Positions 25,412 through 34,969 of a stretch of DNA of 64,000 nucleotides are shown one piece after another. The stretch is from Deltaproteobacteria bacterium. GTDB taxonomy: Bacteria > Desulfobacterota > GWC2-55-46 > UBA9637. The stretch's first letter is position 1; every line of letters begins with the position of its first letter. The stretch spans positions 21,721-85,720 of the forward strand of contig JACRNJ010000032.1 in the NCBI GenBank assembly GCA_016219285.1, written 5' to 3'. The notes under the pieces were generated by a model. That model had not been told where the DNA came from and did no database searches. It saw only the letters and a program-made list of their open reading frames with translations. The position numbers and the translations under genes are program-made.

Positions 25412-26857
25412 ATGGAGCTTAAGAAAACGGTTTCGGATGTCTATGATTCCCTGAAAGGCGTTGTAAAGGTTGAAAAAGAAAAGGCAGATGTGCTGGATAT
25501 TAAAAGATTCAGGGATGCAGTGGATTGGCTTGTTTATAATGCAGTGTTTAATGACAGCAAAGAAATAAAGGCCAATTGCAGGTGGCTGATAAAATCTGCC
25601 GCATTATCTATGCAGACAGGCGCTGCATCAATCCAGAGGCTTTATGAGGCAATGGGGATGGGAGAGGTTTGCGGATTTACAGTTCCTGCCGTAAATGTAA
25701 GAGGCCTTGCCTATGATACTGCAAGGGCATTATTCCGTTCAGCAATTAAAAATAAGGCGGGAGCCTTTATCTTTGAGATAGCAAAAAGCGAGATGGGGTA
25801 TACAGACCAGAGCCCCTATGAATATGCAGCTGTGGTGCTTGCTGCTGCATTAAGAGAAGGTTACAAAGGCCCTGTATTTATTCAAGGAGACCATTTTCAG
25901 GTAAATCCTAAAAATTATGCGCAGGATAAGGAAAAAGAAATTGACGGCTTAAAAGACTTGATAACAAAGGCGGTTAATGCCGGTTTTTACAATATAGATA
26001 TTGATTCGTCAACAGTTGTGGATTTAAGCAAGCCGAATGTTGTGGATGAGCAGCGGCCTAATTTTGAGGTTACGGCGCAGCTTACTGAATTTATACGGGA
26101 TATTGAGCCTGATGAAACGCCGATATCAATAGGCGGAGAGATAGGCGAGGTAGGAGGCAAGAATTCAACCGAAGAGGATCTAATGGTATTTATGAACAAC
26201 TATCTTGCAACCCTCGCCGGCATGGGCAACAATATGAAAGGTATCAGCAAAATGAGCATCCAGACCGGCACAAGCCACGGCGGCGTTGTTTTGCCTGACG
26301 GCACAATCGCAAAGGTTAAGGTTGATTTTGACACCATTGAAAAACTTTCCAATCTGGCGCGCAAGGCTTACGGCCTTGCTGGCGTTGTCCAGCACGGCGC
26401 ATCAACCCTGCCTGATGATGCCTTTGACCTGTTTCAGAAAAAAGGGGCTGCGGAGGTTCATCTGGCCACAGGTTTTCAGAACATGATTTATGACAGCAGA
26501 TATCTTCCGGATAGCCTGAAACAGGAGATTTATAAATATCTGCGCGAGAATATGGCAAAAGAGAAAAAGCAAGGGGAAACAGATGAGCAGTTTATATACA
26601 AGACAAGGAAAAAGGGATTAGGGCCATTTAAAGAAAAATTATGGAATCTGCCGGTATCTGTCAGGCAAGGAATTGGAAAAGAGTTGGAGGAGAGGTTTGA
26701 CCTTCTATTTAAGAAATTAAAGGTAAACGATACATACAATCTGGTTCTCAAATGGGCAGTACCTGTAAGGTCAGGCTTAAAGCTTGAGAAGGAGATAGAG
26801 GGATCTGCCTCTGAAGCTAAAAAGGTAAAACAAGAAAAGGGAGACAGAGGAGAGTAG
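25412..26857 (+). CDS. class II fructose/ketose-bisphosphate aldolase family protein (long form)
   Basis: Aligns by eye to class II FBA motifs: IQGDHF (DHxx metal ligand), ISIGGEIGEVGG (ELG..GGEED), TSHGGV (NVHG) and VQHGAST (HGGSG). Length 481 aa. Confidence 0.55.
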   Translation: MELKKTVSDVYDSLKGVVKVEKEKADVLDIKRFRDAVDWLVYNAVFNDSKEIKANCRWLIKSAALSMQTGAASIQRLYEAMGMGEVCGFTVPAVNVRGLAYDTARALFRSAIKNKAGAFIFEIAKSEMGYTDQSPYEYAAVVLAAALREGYKGPVFIQGDHFQVNPKNYAQDKEKEIDGLKDLITKAVNAGFYNIDIDSSTVVDLSKPNVVDEQRPNFEVTAQLTEFIRDIEPDETPISIGGEIGEVGGKNSTEEDLMVFMNNYLATLAGMGNNMKGISKMSIQTGTSHGGVVLPDGTIAKVKVDFDTIEKLSNLARKAYGLAGVVQHGASTLPDDAFDLFQKKGAAEVHLATGFQNMIYDSRYLPDSLKQEIYKYLRENMAKEKKQGETDEQFIYKTRKKGLGPFKEKLWNLPVSVRQGIGKELEERFDLLFKKLKVNDTYNLVLKWAVPVRSGLKLEKEIEGSASEAKKVKQEKGDRGE

Positions 26858-26930
26858 TCTAATATTTAATCTTACTTTAATGTATCTTTTGGTAGTGTGG
26901 TATTGAAAAACAGCAAGGTGGAGATGGGAG

Positions 26931-27404
26931 ATGAAGAAAGGCAGAGTATTTTATATCGCACTATTTATTACGATTTTTGCGGCAGGCTGGTTCCTTTTTG
27001 GAAATGTTTTTTCTGGCGCAGAGATGGCTGATGATAAGAAGTTGTCAAAGGGTATATCCTACCACAGAGAAAAAGAAAAAATGGAGAACATAATGCAGCA
27101 GAATTTTGCACATGTCCATACAATGCTAAATGGGCTCATATATAGCAAATCCGATATTATCCTGGATGCAGCCCAGTTGTTAAGGAAACATGCATATGAA
27201 CTAAAACAATTAAAGCCCGATAAGAATCTGGGAAATATTAAAATATATCAATTTCTTGCAGAAGACTTGATTGCGCATACCGATAACATCATATTAGCTG
27301 CTAAAAATAATAATCTTGAACTTATTTCCACAGAGCTTGGAAAGATGGTAAACGAATGTGTTACATGTCATATAAAATTCAGAGATAAGCCTATTCAGAA
27401 ATAA
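26931..27404 (+). CDS. class II cytochrome c (cytochrome c-prime-like)
   Basis: Signal/anchor segment, a helical body, and a single CxxCH (CVTCH) six residues from the C-terminus, which is the cytochrome c-prime architecture. Confidence 0.55.
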   Translation: MKKGRVFYIALFITIFAAGWFLFGNVFSGAEMADDKKLSKGISYHREKEKMENIMQQNFAHVHTMLNGLIYSKSDIILDAAQLLRKHAYELKQLKPDKNLGNIKIYQFLAEDLIAHTDNIILAAKNNNLELISTELGKMVNECVTCHIKFRDKPIQK

Positions 27405-27453
27405 ACCTTGTCGGGAATGCATTTTCTGGGTGAAGCCGTAAAAGGAGATTTGG

Positions 27454-28122
27454 GTGGAAAATAATGAATATAAGGCAGTAAAGGTATGGGATTGGCAGAC
27501 AAGGATTTTGCACTGGTTTAATGCAATACTCATTATTACCCTTGCCATACTTGCATTTGGTTTTGAGATAGCAAAGGAGCTTGGCATGCCAAAACAGGGG
27601 AGAGGGGTCTTAAAGGAGATACATGCAATAATCGGCTACTTTTTTGTTGCCACCTTTACCTTGAGGATTTTATGGGGTTTTCTTGGGAATGAATATGCAA
27701 GATGGGGTGATATCATCCCTTACCATAGAGAGAAATGGCAGATGATAGGCTCTCATATAAAGTGGTATTTAAGCGGTTTTAAGGCAAAACCGCCGATTAT
27801 CCCAGGGCACAACCCCGTTGCTTCCCTTTTCTATATTTTTTTATTTATTATTCTAATCAGCCAGGTGATTACAGGCCTTACCCTTGCCGGCCTTGCATTT
27901 GATTTTTTCCCGGGCTCATTATTCTTTAGCGGATGGAGTGAAGGGGCAAAAGAGGCTTTGGAAGATGTTGCTGAAGAAATCCATGAATTTGGCTTTTTCT
28001 TCATTATATTATTTCTTGTTGCGCATATTGGCGGTCTGGTTGTTCATGAGATAGGTGAGAAAACAGGGCTTTTTTCCTCAATGATTCACGGAAGAAAGTA
28101 TTTGCCGAAGGATGGCGATTGA
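27454..28122 (+). CDS. cytochrome b561 / Ni-Fe hydrogenase b-type cytochrome family membrane protein
   Basis: Four transmembrane helices with conserved His residues in helices 1, 2 and 4 (HWFNAIL...HAIIGY...HIGGLVVH). Length 222 aa. Confidence 0.7.
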   Translation: MENNEYKAVKVWDWQTRILHWFNAILIITLAILAFGFEIAKELGMPKQGRGVLKEIHAIIGYFFVATFTLRILWGFLGNEYARWGDIIPYHREKWQMIGSHIKWYLSGFKAKPPIIPGHNPVASLFYIFLFIILISQVITGLTLAGLAFDFFPGSLFFSGWSEGAKEALEDVAEEIHEFGFFFIILFLVAHIGGLVVHEIGEKTGLFSSMIHGRKYLPKDGD

Positions 28123-28142
28123 ACATAGAGACAAGGGCGGCT

Positions 28143-29489
28143 TTATTTGGCGCTGACCGGTATTGTAAACCTAAAAGTGGTTCCTTTGTCCAGTTCACTT
28201 TCTATTGAAATAGTGCCGCCGTGCCTCTCAATTATATGCCTTGTCATGGCAAGGCCAAGACCTGTGCCTTTTGTTGTTTTTATAACATTACCAGCCCTGA
28301 AGAATTCTTCAAAGATGTGCGGCATGTCATTTGACGGTATGCCAATCCCTGTATCTTTTATCTCCGCAATAATGTAGCCATTTTTTCGTGAAACCTTTAT
28401 CCAGACATTTCCTCCATGTTGAGTATATTTGAACGCATTGGCAATGAGGTTTAGGAAGGCATAGGTTATTAATTCCCTGTCAGCCTTTATATCTGGCAAC
28501 TGCGCATCAATTTCTATGTTTAACTGTATATCCTTTTCTCCCATCTTCGACGATGCAATCTCCACAGCGGTATCTATAGCCTCTTTTATATTAAATATCT
28601 TCAGATTAAGATTTTTCTCCGCCCTTATTCTGGAGAGATCAAGAAGGTCTTTTGCATAATGATGGAGAAATTCTGTTTTTTTCTGAATTCTCTGCAAAAC
28701 CTCTTTTACCTTTTCATCAAGGGTACCGGCAAACCCGCCTATCACTACCTCCAAAAGGCTCTGAATGGAGGCAAGGGGAGACTTTAAATCATGGCTGACC
28801 ATCTTTACATATTCATCTTTAAGTCTATCCTTTTCCAATAATTTCAGGTGAGCCTCCTCTAACTCTTTTTCCCTGTTTTTAAGCTTTTCTGCCAGGGATG
28901 CAGTGAAAAAGGTGGCGATGAAAATGGTGGATGTCAATACGAATGATATAGCTGCCGTATATATCTTATTTTTGTAAAGGTCTATGCCCAAAAATCCATT
29001 TACAGAGTGGTGAGGTAGAGTGTTTAGATATTCAAGCGTAAAGAGGCCGACTGTCAGAATAGAAATAATGCATGCCTGGATATAGGCCTCTTTTTTTGAG
29101 AGGAGCATGCTCGTAAGTATAGTATGGAAGATGAAATAAAATATAAATGGGTTTTCAGCGCCGCCTGTAAAGTGTATGAGAACAGTCAGGCTCAAAATGT
29201 CCAGCATACTCTGAAGAATCGCAAATCTCCGTATGGTCTTATGCAGATTGCCGGCAGATCTCTTGTTTATATAAAACTTAAAAATGGCATTATAAAGAGC
29301 TATGAATATGGCGATGAGATATACAGGAAGGTCAGGAAAGGAGACATTGAATAGATAGATAGACGTAAACGTTGCGGCAATAATAAATATCACAGCAGCC
29401 CAGCGTATATTTATGAGCCACTTTAGTCTTTCTACGAGTTCTTCTTGCCACAGATCTGTCTTATGCACATTTGTTTGCAGTTGCCGCAT
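28143..29489 (-). CDS. membrane sensor histidine kinase
   Basis: N-terminal 5-6 transmembrane segments, HisKA H-box MVSHDLKSPL, and an HATPase (DTGIGIP...GTGLGLAM). Confidence 0.85.
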   Translation of the reverse strand: MRQLQTNVHKTDLWQEELVERLKWLINIRWAAVIFIIAATFTSIYLFNVSFPDLPVYLIAIFIALYNAIFKFYINKRSAGNLHKTIRRFAILQSMLDILSLTVLIHFTGGAENPFIFYFIFHTILTSMLLSKKEAYIQACIISILTVGLFTLEYLNTLPHHSVNGFLGIDLYKNKIYTAAISFVLTSTIFIATFFTASLAEKLKNREKELEEAHLKLLEKDRLKDEYVKMVSHDLKSPLASIQSLLEVVIGGFAGTLDEKVKEVLQRIQKKTEFLHHYAKDLLDLSRIRAEKNLNLKIFNIKEAIDTAVEIASSKMGEKDIQLNIEIDAQLPDIKADRELITYAFLNLIANAFKYTQHGGNVWIKVSRKNGYIIAEIKDTGIGIPSNDMPHIFEEFFRAGNVIKTTKGTGLGLAMTRHIIERHGGTISIESELDKGTTFRFTIPVSAK

Positions 29490-29530
29490 TTATTGGGCTT
29501 ATTAAAGGCGCCGATAAATCGGCACACTAC
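29476..29530. mobile_element. MITE-like element, degenerate copy
   Basis: gcagttgccgcatttattgggc...ggcgccgataaatcggcacactac. Confidence 0.55.
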
Positions 29531-29913
29531 TTTTTCCTAAGAAGTTTTTCAACTTTTACAAGCAGGTCTTTTGGTTTTATGGGTTTTTCAACCAATTCAT
29601 CCACTGGCAGATAATCTTCGTCGGTTTCTTTGCTGAATTTAAAACCAGTCTCTTTGCCTATAGATGTAAGCATAAGTATTGGTATCTTGGAAAGCTCCGC
29701 ATGGTTTTTTAATTTGTAGCTTGTTTGAAAGCCCTGATCCTTGGTTTTCATTACAACATCAAGGATTATGAGGTCTGGCTTCTCCGCCTCCGCTTTTTTA
29801 TAGCCAGCGTCGCCTTCACTGGCAGATATGACTTTATAACCCTTACTTTCAAGCACTATCTTGATTGCTTCAACTATATCAGCGTCATCGTCAATAATTA
29901 GGATTTTGGACAT
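29527..29913 (-). CDS. single-domain response regulator (CheY-like receiver)
   Basis: ILIIDDD...DLIILDVVM...LMLTS with Asp and Lys at canonical positions. Length 128 aa with no output domain. Confidence 0.85.
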   Translation of the reverse strand: MSKILIIDDDADIVEAIKIVLESKGYKVISASEGDAGYKKAEAEKPDLIILDVVMKTKDQGFQTSYKLKNHAELSKIPILMLTSIGKETGFKFSKETDEDYLPVDELVEKPIKPKDLLVKVEKLLRKK

Positions 29914-29996
29914 AATTCCTCCGCACTTAAAACAGGTTGGGGTTTAGGCTAAGTATTTTTTCCTCAGCCTTAACCTTGACCTTAATCTTTATGCTT

Positions 29997-31298
29997 TTAT
30001 ACAAACCTTACATCCATTATATGCGTAGAGCACGAAATACACGGGTCATACGCCCTGACCAGTGTCTCAATATTTCTCACTATCTCATGCTTTGGCTTAT
30101 CTAAAATTGTCGGCACAAAACCCCTTAAATCTTCTTCTATCATGCGCAGGTTTTGGGCAGTCGGTATAATGCAGTTTGCATCTGTTACAATGCCGTTCTT
30201 GTCAATAGTATATTCATGATACAGGGTTCCCCTCGGCGCCTCAACAATGCCTACGCCTGTGCTGCGCCCGGAGTGCGGCAGCTTTGGTTTTTTTAATTCT
30301 TCTTTTTTAAGGCCGCTTGATAAGAGTTTATCTATCAGCTTTATGGCATCCTCTGTGCAGTGGAATGACTCCACAAGTTGTGCGGTATTATTCATAAACG
30401 GGTTGAAGCAGAGGGGAGTAAGGCCCAGTTCTTTTGCAGCCTTTTTTGCCTTTGGAGAAAGCTGTTTAAAGTTATTGCATACCCTCGCAAGGGCGCCTAC
30501 CATATAAATACCTTTCTTACTTTTTGTATGTTTTGCGGTGGAGTAAGGGACAATGCTCTCTTTTATAAGTTTTCTGTAGTCCCTTGGTTTAGTGCTGTAT
30601 TTCAGGTTTGAAACCATATTGCCGTCATAGAAGGCAAACTCCCCCTCTTGTTTCAGCGACAGATATTCTCTTTCTTTAGAATATTCCAATGTCTTAAAGC
30701 CTTTGAAAAGTTCAAGCGTGGCCTCCAAATCTTCAAATGAATCTTCAAGTTTTTTCTTCAAGGTTTTCAACTCGCTGATTTTCGGCAGATGGGCAACGCC
30801 TCCTGGAAAAAGGGAAATAGGATGTATGTGTCTCCCTGCAATGATTTCGCATATCTCATTGCCAAGTTTTTTAAGTCGCAGTCCGCGTGTTACAGCATCA
30901 GGATTGGTCTTTGTCAAAGGCACGACACTGCCAACCTTGAAAAAATCCGGCAAGACAAGAAAATAGAGATGAAGGATGTGGCTCTGGAGTATTTCTCCAT
31001 GAAAGGCGAGTTTTCGCAATAAAGTTGCCTGCTTTGAAATGGTTATGCCGAGGGCATCCTCAATCGCCTTGAGCGATGCCGATGTATGGCTTACAGCGCA
31101 TATCCCGCATATCCTTGACATGATATGCTGAGCCTCATCATACTTTCTGCCTCTGAGCATTGCCTCATAAAACCGTGGAGACTCCACAATCTCAAGCTTC
31201 AGCTCTTTTATGACGCCCTTCTTAATATCAATAACCACATTCCCGTGTCCTTCAACACGGGTGATGTGGTGGATGTCTATTTTAATGTTTTTGTGCAT
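29997..31298 (-). CDS. [NiFe] hydrogenase large subunit (group 3-like, cytoplasmic)
   Basis: L1 motif RICGICAVSH near the N-terminus and L2 motif DPCISCSTH near the C-terminus. Only 7 residues follow the His. Length 433 aa. Confidence 0.9.
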   Translation of the reverse strand: MHKNIKIDIHHITRVEGHGNVVIDIKKGVIKELKLEIVESPRFYEAMLRGRKYDEAQHIMSRICGICAVSHTSASLKAIEDALGITISKQATLLRKLAFHGEILQSHILHLYFLVLPDFFKVGSVVPLTKTNPDAVTRGLRLKKLGNEICEIIAGRHIHPISLFPGGVAHLPKISELKTLKKKLEDSFEDLEATLELFKGFKTLEYSKEREYLSLKQEGEFAFYDGNMVSNLKYSTKPRDYRKLIKESIVPYSTAKHTKSKKGIYMVGALARVCNNFKQLSPKAKKAAKELGLTPLCFNPFMNNTAQLVESFHCTEDAIKLIDKLLSSGLKKEELKKPKLPHSGRSTGVGIVEAPRGTLYHEYTIDKNGIVTDANCIIPTAQNLRMIEEDLRGFVPTILDKPKHEIVRNIETLVRAYDPCISCSTHIMDVRFV

Positions 31299-31362
31299 AA
31301 GAGGTTTATATGAGTATTGAATGACTCTGTTTGTTCTGCCTGTAAGGGTCTGAAGGCAGCCA

Positions 31363-31554
31363 TCATGTCTTTTCGTATGCCTTTATGAAATCGTCTCTTG
31401 AAATGCCAGCTTGTGTGCAAATTGTTCTTAATGTGGAAGCCTTTATTTTGGGATGATTTGGCATGGTCAAAGGAGTTTTACTACCATCAGGGTTCTCCCG
31501 CACCATTGAGATATGTTCTTTTTCACGAACGATACGGAAACCTAAGATTTCCAA
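31363..31554 (-). CDS. hicA: HicA-family toxin (mRNA interferase)
   Basis: 63 aa with the pattern GF...E..HI.M....DGSKTPLTMPNHPKIKASTLRTICTQAGIS, typical of HicA/YcfA. Immediately downstream of hicB. Confidence 0.6.
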   Translation of the reverse strand: MEILGFRIVREKEHISMVRENPDGSKTPLTMPNHPKIKASTLRTICTQAGISRDDFIKAYEKT

Positions 31555-31602
31555 TGCCTTTACTACTTTCCGCTTTGTGGCGTCAACTGGAAACTTAGGT
31601 AT

Positions 31603-31827
31603 TTAAGCATCTACCCCTGTTTCGGCAACAAATGCCTCAAGGATAGGTGGTTCAATATCAAGGCCTTCTTCTCCAAAAGTCTCTATATGAAAACGGATTG
31701 CGGATTTAACATCCGCCAACGCCTCTTCGTATGTATCACCTTGGCCAACTACAATACTCTTGATTCCTAAAGGATATGCAACATAGCCATCAGTATGTTT
31801 TTCCACTATTATTTTATACTGTTTCAT
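31603..31827 (-). CDS. hicB: HicB-family antitoxin
   Basis: 74 aa with YKIIVEKHTDGYVAYPLGIKSIVVGQGDTYEEALADVKSAI, typical of the HicB N-domain (UPF0150). Confidence 0.65.
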   Translation of the reverse strand: MKQYKIIVEKHTDGYVAYPLGIKSIVVGQGDTYEEALADVKSAIRFHIETFGEEGLDIEPPILEAFVAETGVDA

Positions 31828-31890
31828 ACCATCTCCTTTGATTTTCTTTTGATTGAATTATATAACAAAAAAATGATTTGTTCATCATTT

Positions 31891-32100
31891 TTAAATGTTG
31901 CCTAACGTGATTGGTCTTTGTGAAGTCCCGCCCTTGGCGGGATTTGGGCGAATGAAGTGAGTCACAAACACCCTGTTATCTGCCGTTGCAGGCAATCTTA
32001 AAGTAAATCCATCCAATTTTTCTTCAAATGCTAAAAAGCAAGACCTGACCCCCATGCCCTCTGCTGGCACAGATACCAATCTTTCGCGTGACAATTTAGA
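31891..32100 (-). pseudogene. vapC: C-terminal half of a PIN-domain (VapC) toxin gene, displaced by the RAYT element insertion
   Basis: ...LDGFTLRLPATADNRVFVTHFIRP resembles the PIN C-terminal D..IAATA...LVT.N..DF region. It lies immediately outside the left inverted repeat of the RAYT element, while the N-terminal half lies outside the right inverted repeat. Confidence 0.45.
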
Positions 32101-32101
32101 G

Positions 32102-32723
32102 GTAGGTTGGGTTGAGCAAAGCGAAACCCAACAATTCATTCATACCCTACATCCTCATCAAATTGAATCTCACAACCTGCCCCCCAATCGCTCTTGTAAA
32201 TGCCCTGTTTAACATAACGATGAAAACTTGAATATGCCCAGTCGCGTGGCAATGTTACCAGACTATGTTTAACAGGATTGTAATGGATGTAATTACAATG
32301 CGCCTCAAAATCTTTCTCGTCTCTAATCTGATGCTCCCAAAACCGCCTCTGCCAAACCGCTTGTTCTCCCTTACTTAATTTTGAGGCAGATCTAAAGCCT
32401 TTATATCCATCCTGACATTGTCTGCTAAAATAGCTTTTTATAAGCCCCCATCGCAGAGAAAAATCATTATCGTTGTGCGGCAATGTCCAGATACAGTGAA
32501 TATGATCGGGCAGCAAAACAAATGCGTCAATCCGAAAGGTGTGTCTGTTGATAACATACTGAAACGCTTCTTTTATCAACCGTATGTTTGCTTCATGGCA
32601 TAAAATCCTTTTCCTCCCGTGCGTTACCACCGTAAAGAAAAATGCCGCCCCTTTTGCCTTTGACCTGCGATAACGCATTGCTTTTTATGATTATGTTGGG
32701 TTTCGTTCCTCAACCCAACCTAC
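32102..32723. mobile_element. RAYT (REP-associated tyrosine transposase) unit bounded by hairpin inverted repeats
   Basis: Left end is gtaggttgggttgagcaaagcgaaacccaaca. Right end is tgttgggtttcgttcctcaacccaacctac, its inverse, and each end is an 8-bp-stem hairpin. The unit encloses one transposase gene. Confidence 0.8.
32136..32678 (-). CDS. REP-associated tyrosine transposase (IS200/IS605 TnpA-like, Y1 HUH family)
   Basis: HuH motif LPDHIHCIW and catalytic Tyr region NYIHYNPVKH. Length 180 aa, which is longer than IS200 TnpA and typical of RAYTs. Confidence 0.8.
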   Translation of the reverse strand: MRYRRSKAKGAAFFFTVVTHGRKRILCHEANIRLIKEAFQYVINRHTFRIDAFVLLPDHIHCIWTLPHNDNDFSLRWGLIKSYFSRQCQDGYKGFRSASKLSKGEQAVWQRRFWEHQIRDEKDFEAHCNYIHYNPVKHSLVTLPRDWAYSSFHRYVKQGIYKSDWGAGCEIQFDEDVGYE

Positions 32724-32898
32724 CAACTTCAGTAAGGGTTATGACAGAAGAAAAAGCGCTCAATCTCTCTGACTGAAAAGAATCAACCACTTCTTTGGCA
32801 ATTGATCCAAACTGAGGATTAGCTTCGATGTAATAAATGATGGGCGCTGTATCTATGAAAATAGTATTTATTTGATCAAGTTCATCCGAGAGGGTCAT
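32710..32898 (-). pseudogene. vapC: N-terminal half of PIN-domain (VapC) toxin gene truncated at the RAYT element boundary
   Basis: IFIDTAPIIYYIE has the first PIN Asp and ITLTEV has the second acidic residue. The ORF ends inside the right inverted repeat of the RAYT unit. Confidence 0.5.
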
Positions 32899-33119
32899 AT
32901 CCGATCCTCTCTCAAACGATTAACATACTCTTGAGCATCTTCACCTTTCCATAACCCTTTCCCAAGGCCATAGAGTTTATTCCAGTCAAGTTCCTTTTTC
33001 ATAGCAAGTCCTGTCTTGCCTAATTGATGAACAAGCCTTTCTACTAATTTTAACTGTTCCTGAGGCGTAAGTTTTCCTATCTCTTTTCCAATCTTTTCTA
33101 AGGTAACTCCTTTTTTCAT
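32895..33119 (-). CDS. putative antitoxin partner of the disrupted PIN toxin
   Basis: 74 aa, 4-nt overlap with the vapC fragment, positioned upstream as antitoxins usually are. Family not recognised with confidence. Confidence 0.35.
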   Translation of the reverse strand: MKKGVTLEKIGKEIGKLTPQEQLKLVERLVHQLGKTGLAMKKELDWNKLYGLGKGLWKGEDAQEYVNRLREDRI

Positions 33120-33577
33120 TTTAACCCCCTTTCTTTAATTTATTATCATTCTCCAAGGTAAACAAATATGTCTGTATTATAATATCAACACAAAAGTTTT
33201 GCTATATTATTAAAGCGCCCCAAAAATAGATATTGATTTTTTGAGAAACCTGCAAGTCCTTGACAGACGTTTCACCTGTCAAGGGCAAGTTGGCTGTTAG
33301 ACAACACACCCCTAAATCCCCTCTCGAGAGGGGACTAAAGGGGCGTGTTATTTACAACGAGCCCTCCCCCTTTATCCCCCTCATGGAGGGGGACAGGGGG
33401 AGGATACGGTGAGGAGCAAAGATGTGCCGATAACGAAGTATGGCAGGCAAATCGCAGGTTTGTAAAATAGCGAGGTTTTTAATCGCTATTTTACGGAAGT
33501 GCTTAATGGTGTCTGACGTGTTCATAGGCGAATAATTCGCTTTTTTATTTGGGAACAGTCTCCTTGGAAGTCTTTTC

Positions 33578-34342
33578 TCATTTGCCTTCCCCATGCCTCT
33601 CCCACCCTCCATACAAATCAAATTTGTTTACTACCCCTTCTGCTGTCAATCCGTATCGTTTCAAGGTTTCCTCATGCGCCTCTATATTCGGGTCATCAAC
33701 CAGTCCTCTACATCCCCAGCATACACAGCCGTAGGTAACACATATTGCGGAGCAGCCTGCGCGTGTAACCGGGCCCACGCATGTCATGCCTTTTTCAAAT
33801 ACACAGATATTTCCTGCCATCTTGCAGTCAACACATACAGGGTAATTGGGTATTTCCGGTTTTTTGCCAAGAAGCAGAGACTTGAGCACATCCAGGAATT
33901 CTGATTTTGTTATGGGACAGCCGTGGATGTAGTAGTCTACAGGGATTACAGCATCAATCGGCCTTGCAGGTATGGTATCAAGGTGTTTGTATTTTTTAGC
34001 CTTGTCGCCATAAACGACTCTTTGCACCTCTTCCATGGGGAATCTATTTTTAAGGCAATTCAGCCCTCCGGTTGCAGAACATGCGCCTAAGGCCACAATA
34101 ATCTTTGCCTTTTCCCGTATCTTTTTAACCTCTTCTATCTCATGGTTTCTGCTAACGCTTCCTTCAATGAAGGCAATGTCATAGTCATCCCGTTTTTCAT
34201 CAATGGCCTCTCTGAAGTTTACGATGTCAACAAGGCTTAATATATCGGGGAGTTCGTCCTCGCATGCAAGGACCTGAAGCTGGCAGCCTTCACAGCAGGT
34301 GAAGGAGAAAAAGGCGAACTTGGGTTTGTGTTTGGTTTTCAT
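33578..34342 (-). CDS. [NiFe] hydrogenase small subunit (group 3-like, no Tat signal)
   Basis: N-terminal proximal-cluster motif FTCCEGCQLQV, as in group 3 delta/MvhG/FrhG small subunits. There are additional C-terminal Cys clusters. No twin-arginine leader is present. Confidence 0.85.
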   Translation of the reverse strand: MKTKHKPKFAFFSFTCCEGCQLQVLACEDELPDILSLVDIVNFREAIDEKRDDYDIAFIEGSVSRNHEIEEVKKIREKAKIIVALGACSATGGLNCLKNRFPMEEVQRVVYGDKAKKYKHLDTIPARPIDAVIPVDYYIHGCPITKSEFLDVLKSLLLGKKPEIPNYPVCVDCKMAGNICVFEKGMTCVGPVTRAGCSAICVTYGCVCWGCRGLVDDPNIEAHEETLKRYGLTAEGVVNKFDLYGGWERHGEGK

Positions 34343-34732
34343 GGTTCAATATAGACAAAAGTCCATATGAATGGGTAATCTGTCAAGTGCAAATAGTTTC
34401 TGCCCTCATCAATATTTTGAGGGATATCACAAAACAATAAGGAATACAAATAAAAAGAAAGAAAATGTTCCTTTATCAAACACATCGTCTGTCAAGATTG
34501 TATTGATTTTTAGGTTTAGTTTTGGTAAAAGGCAGAAAATATATTATATAGAGTGTGCTATAGCATCTCACTTTGGACATTTGAAACGATTCACGTTGCA
34601 AAATAGTGATGACGCTTCAAATGCGGAACCAAGAAGTAGAATCTATCGCTGCCTTGCCTGGCATAATAAACAATGTGGAGGTAATATCGTCCACTTTATA
34701 AATTTAGGTGTAGCAAGTTGGAATAGCGGTAG

Positions 34733-34969
34733 TTACATCTTTTTTGCGGGTTCTTCAGGTTTTGTTGCAGACGTAGGTTTTGTTCCTGCGGCAGATTCCA
34801 ATTTTTCCTTTTGGGGAGTTACATCTATCTCTTCTTCGGAAGATGACTTTTTAAAGTTTCTGATAGCCTCGCCAAGACCGCTGCCTATACTGGGCAGTTT
34901 CCCAACGCCAAATATTATCAGGATGATTACAAGGATAATTATAAGTTCAGTTGTTCCTATGCCAAACAT
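34733..34969 (-). CDS. tatA: twin-arginine translocase subunit TatA/E
   Basis: [26 protein letters not shown]...G.G.AIRNFKK is the canonical TatA transmembrane helix plus amphipathic helix. Confidence 0.8.
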   Translation of the reverse strand: MFGIGTTELIIILVIILIIFGVGKLPSIGSGLGEAIRNFKKSSSEEEIDVTPQKEKLESAAGTKPTSATKPEEPAKKM

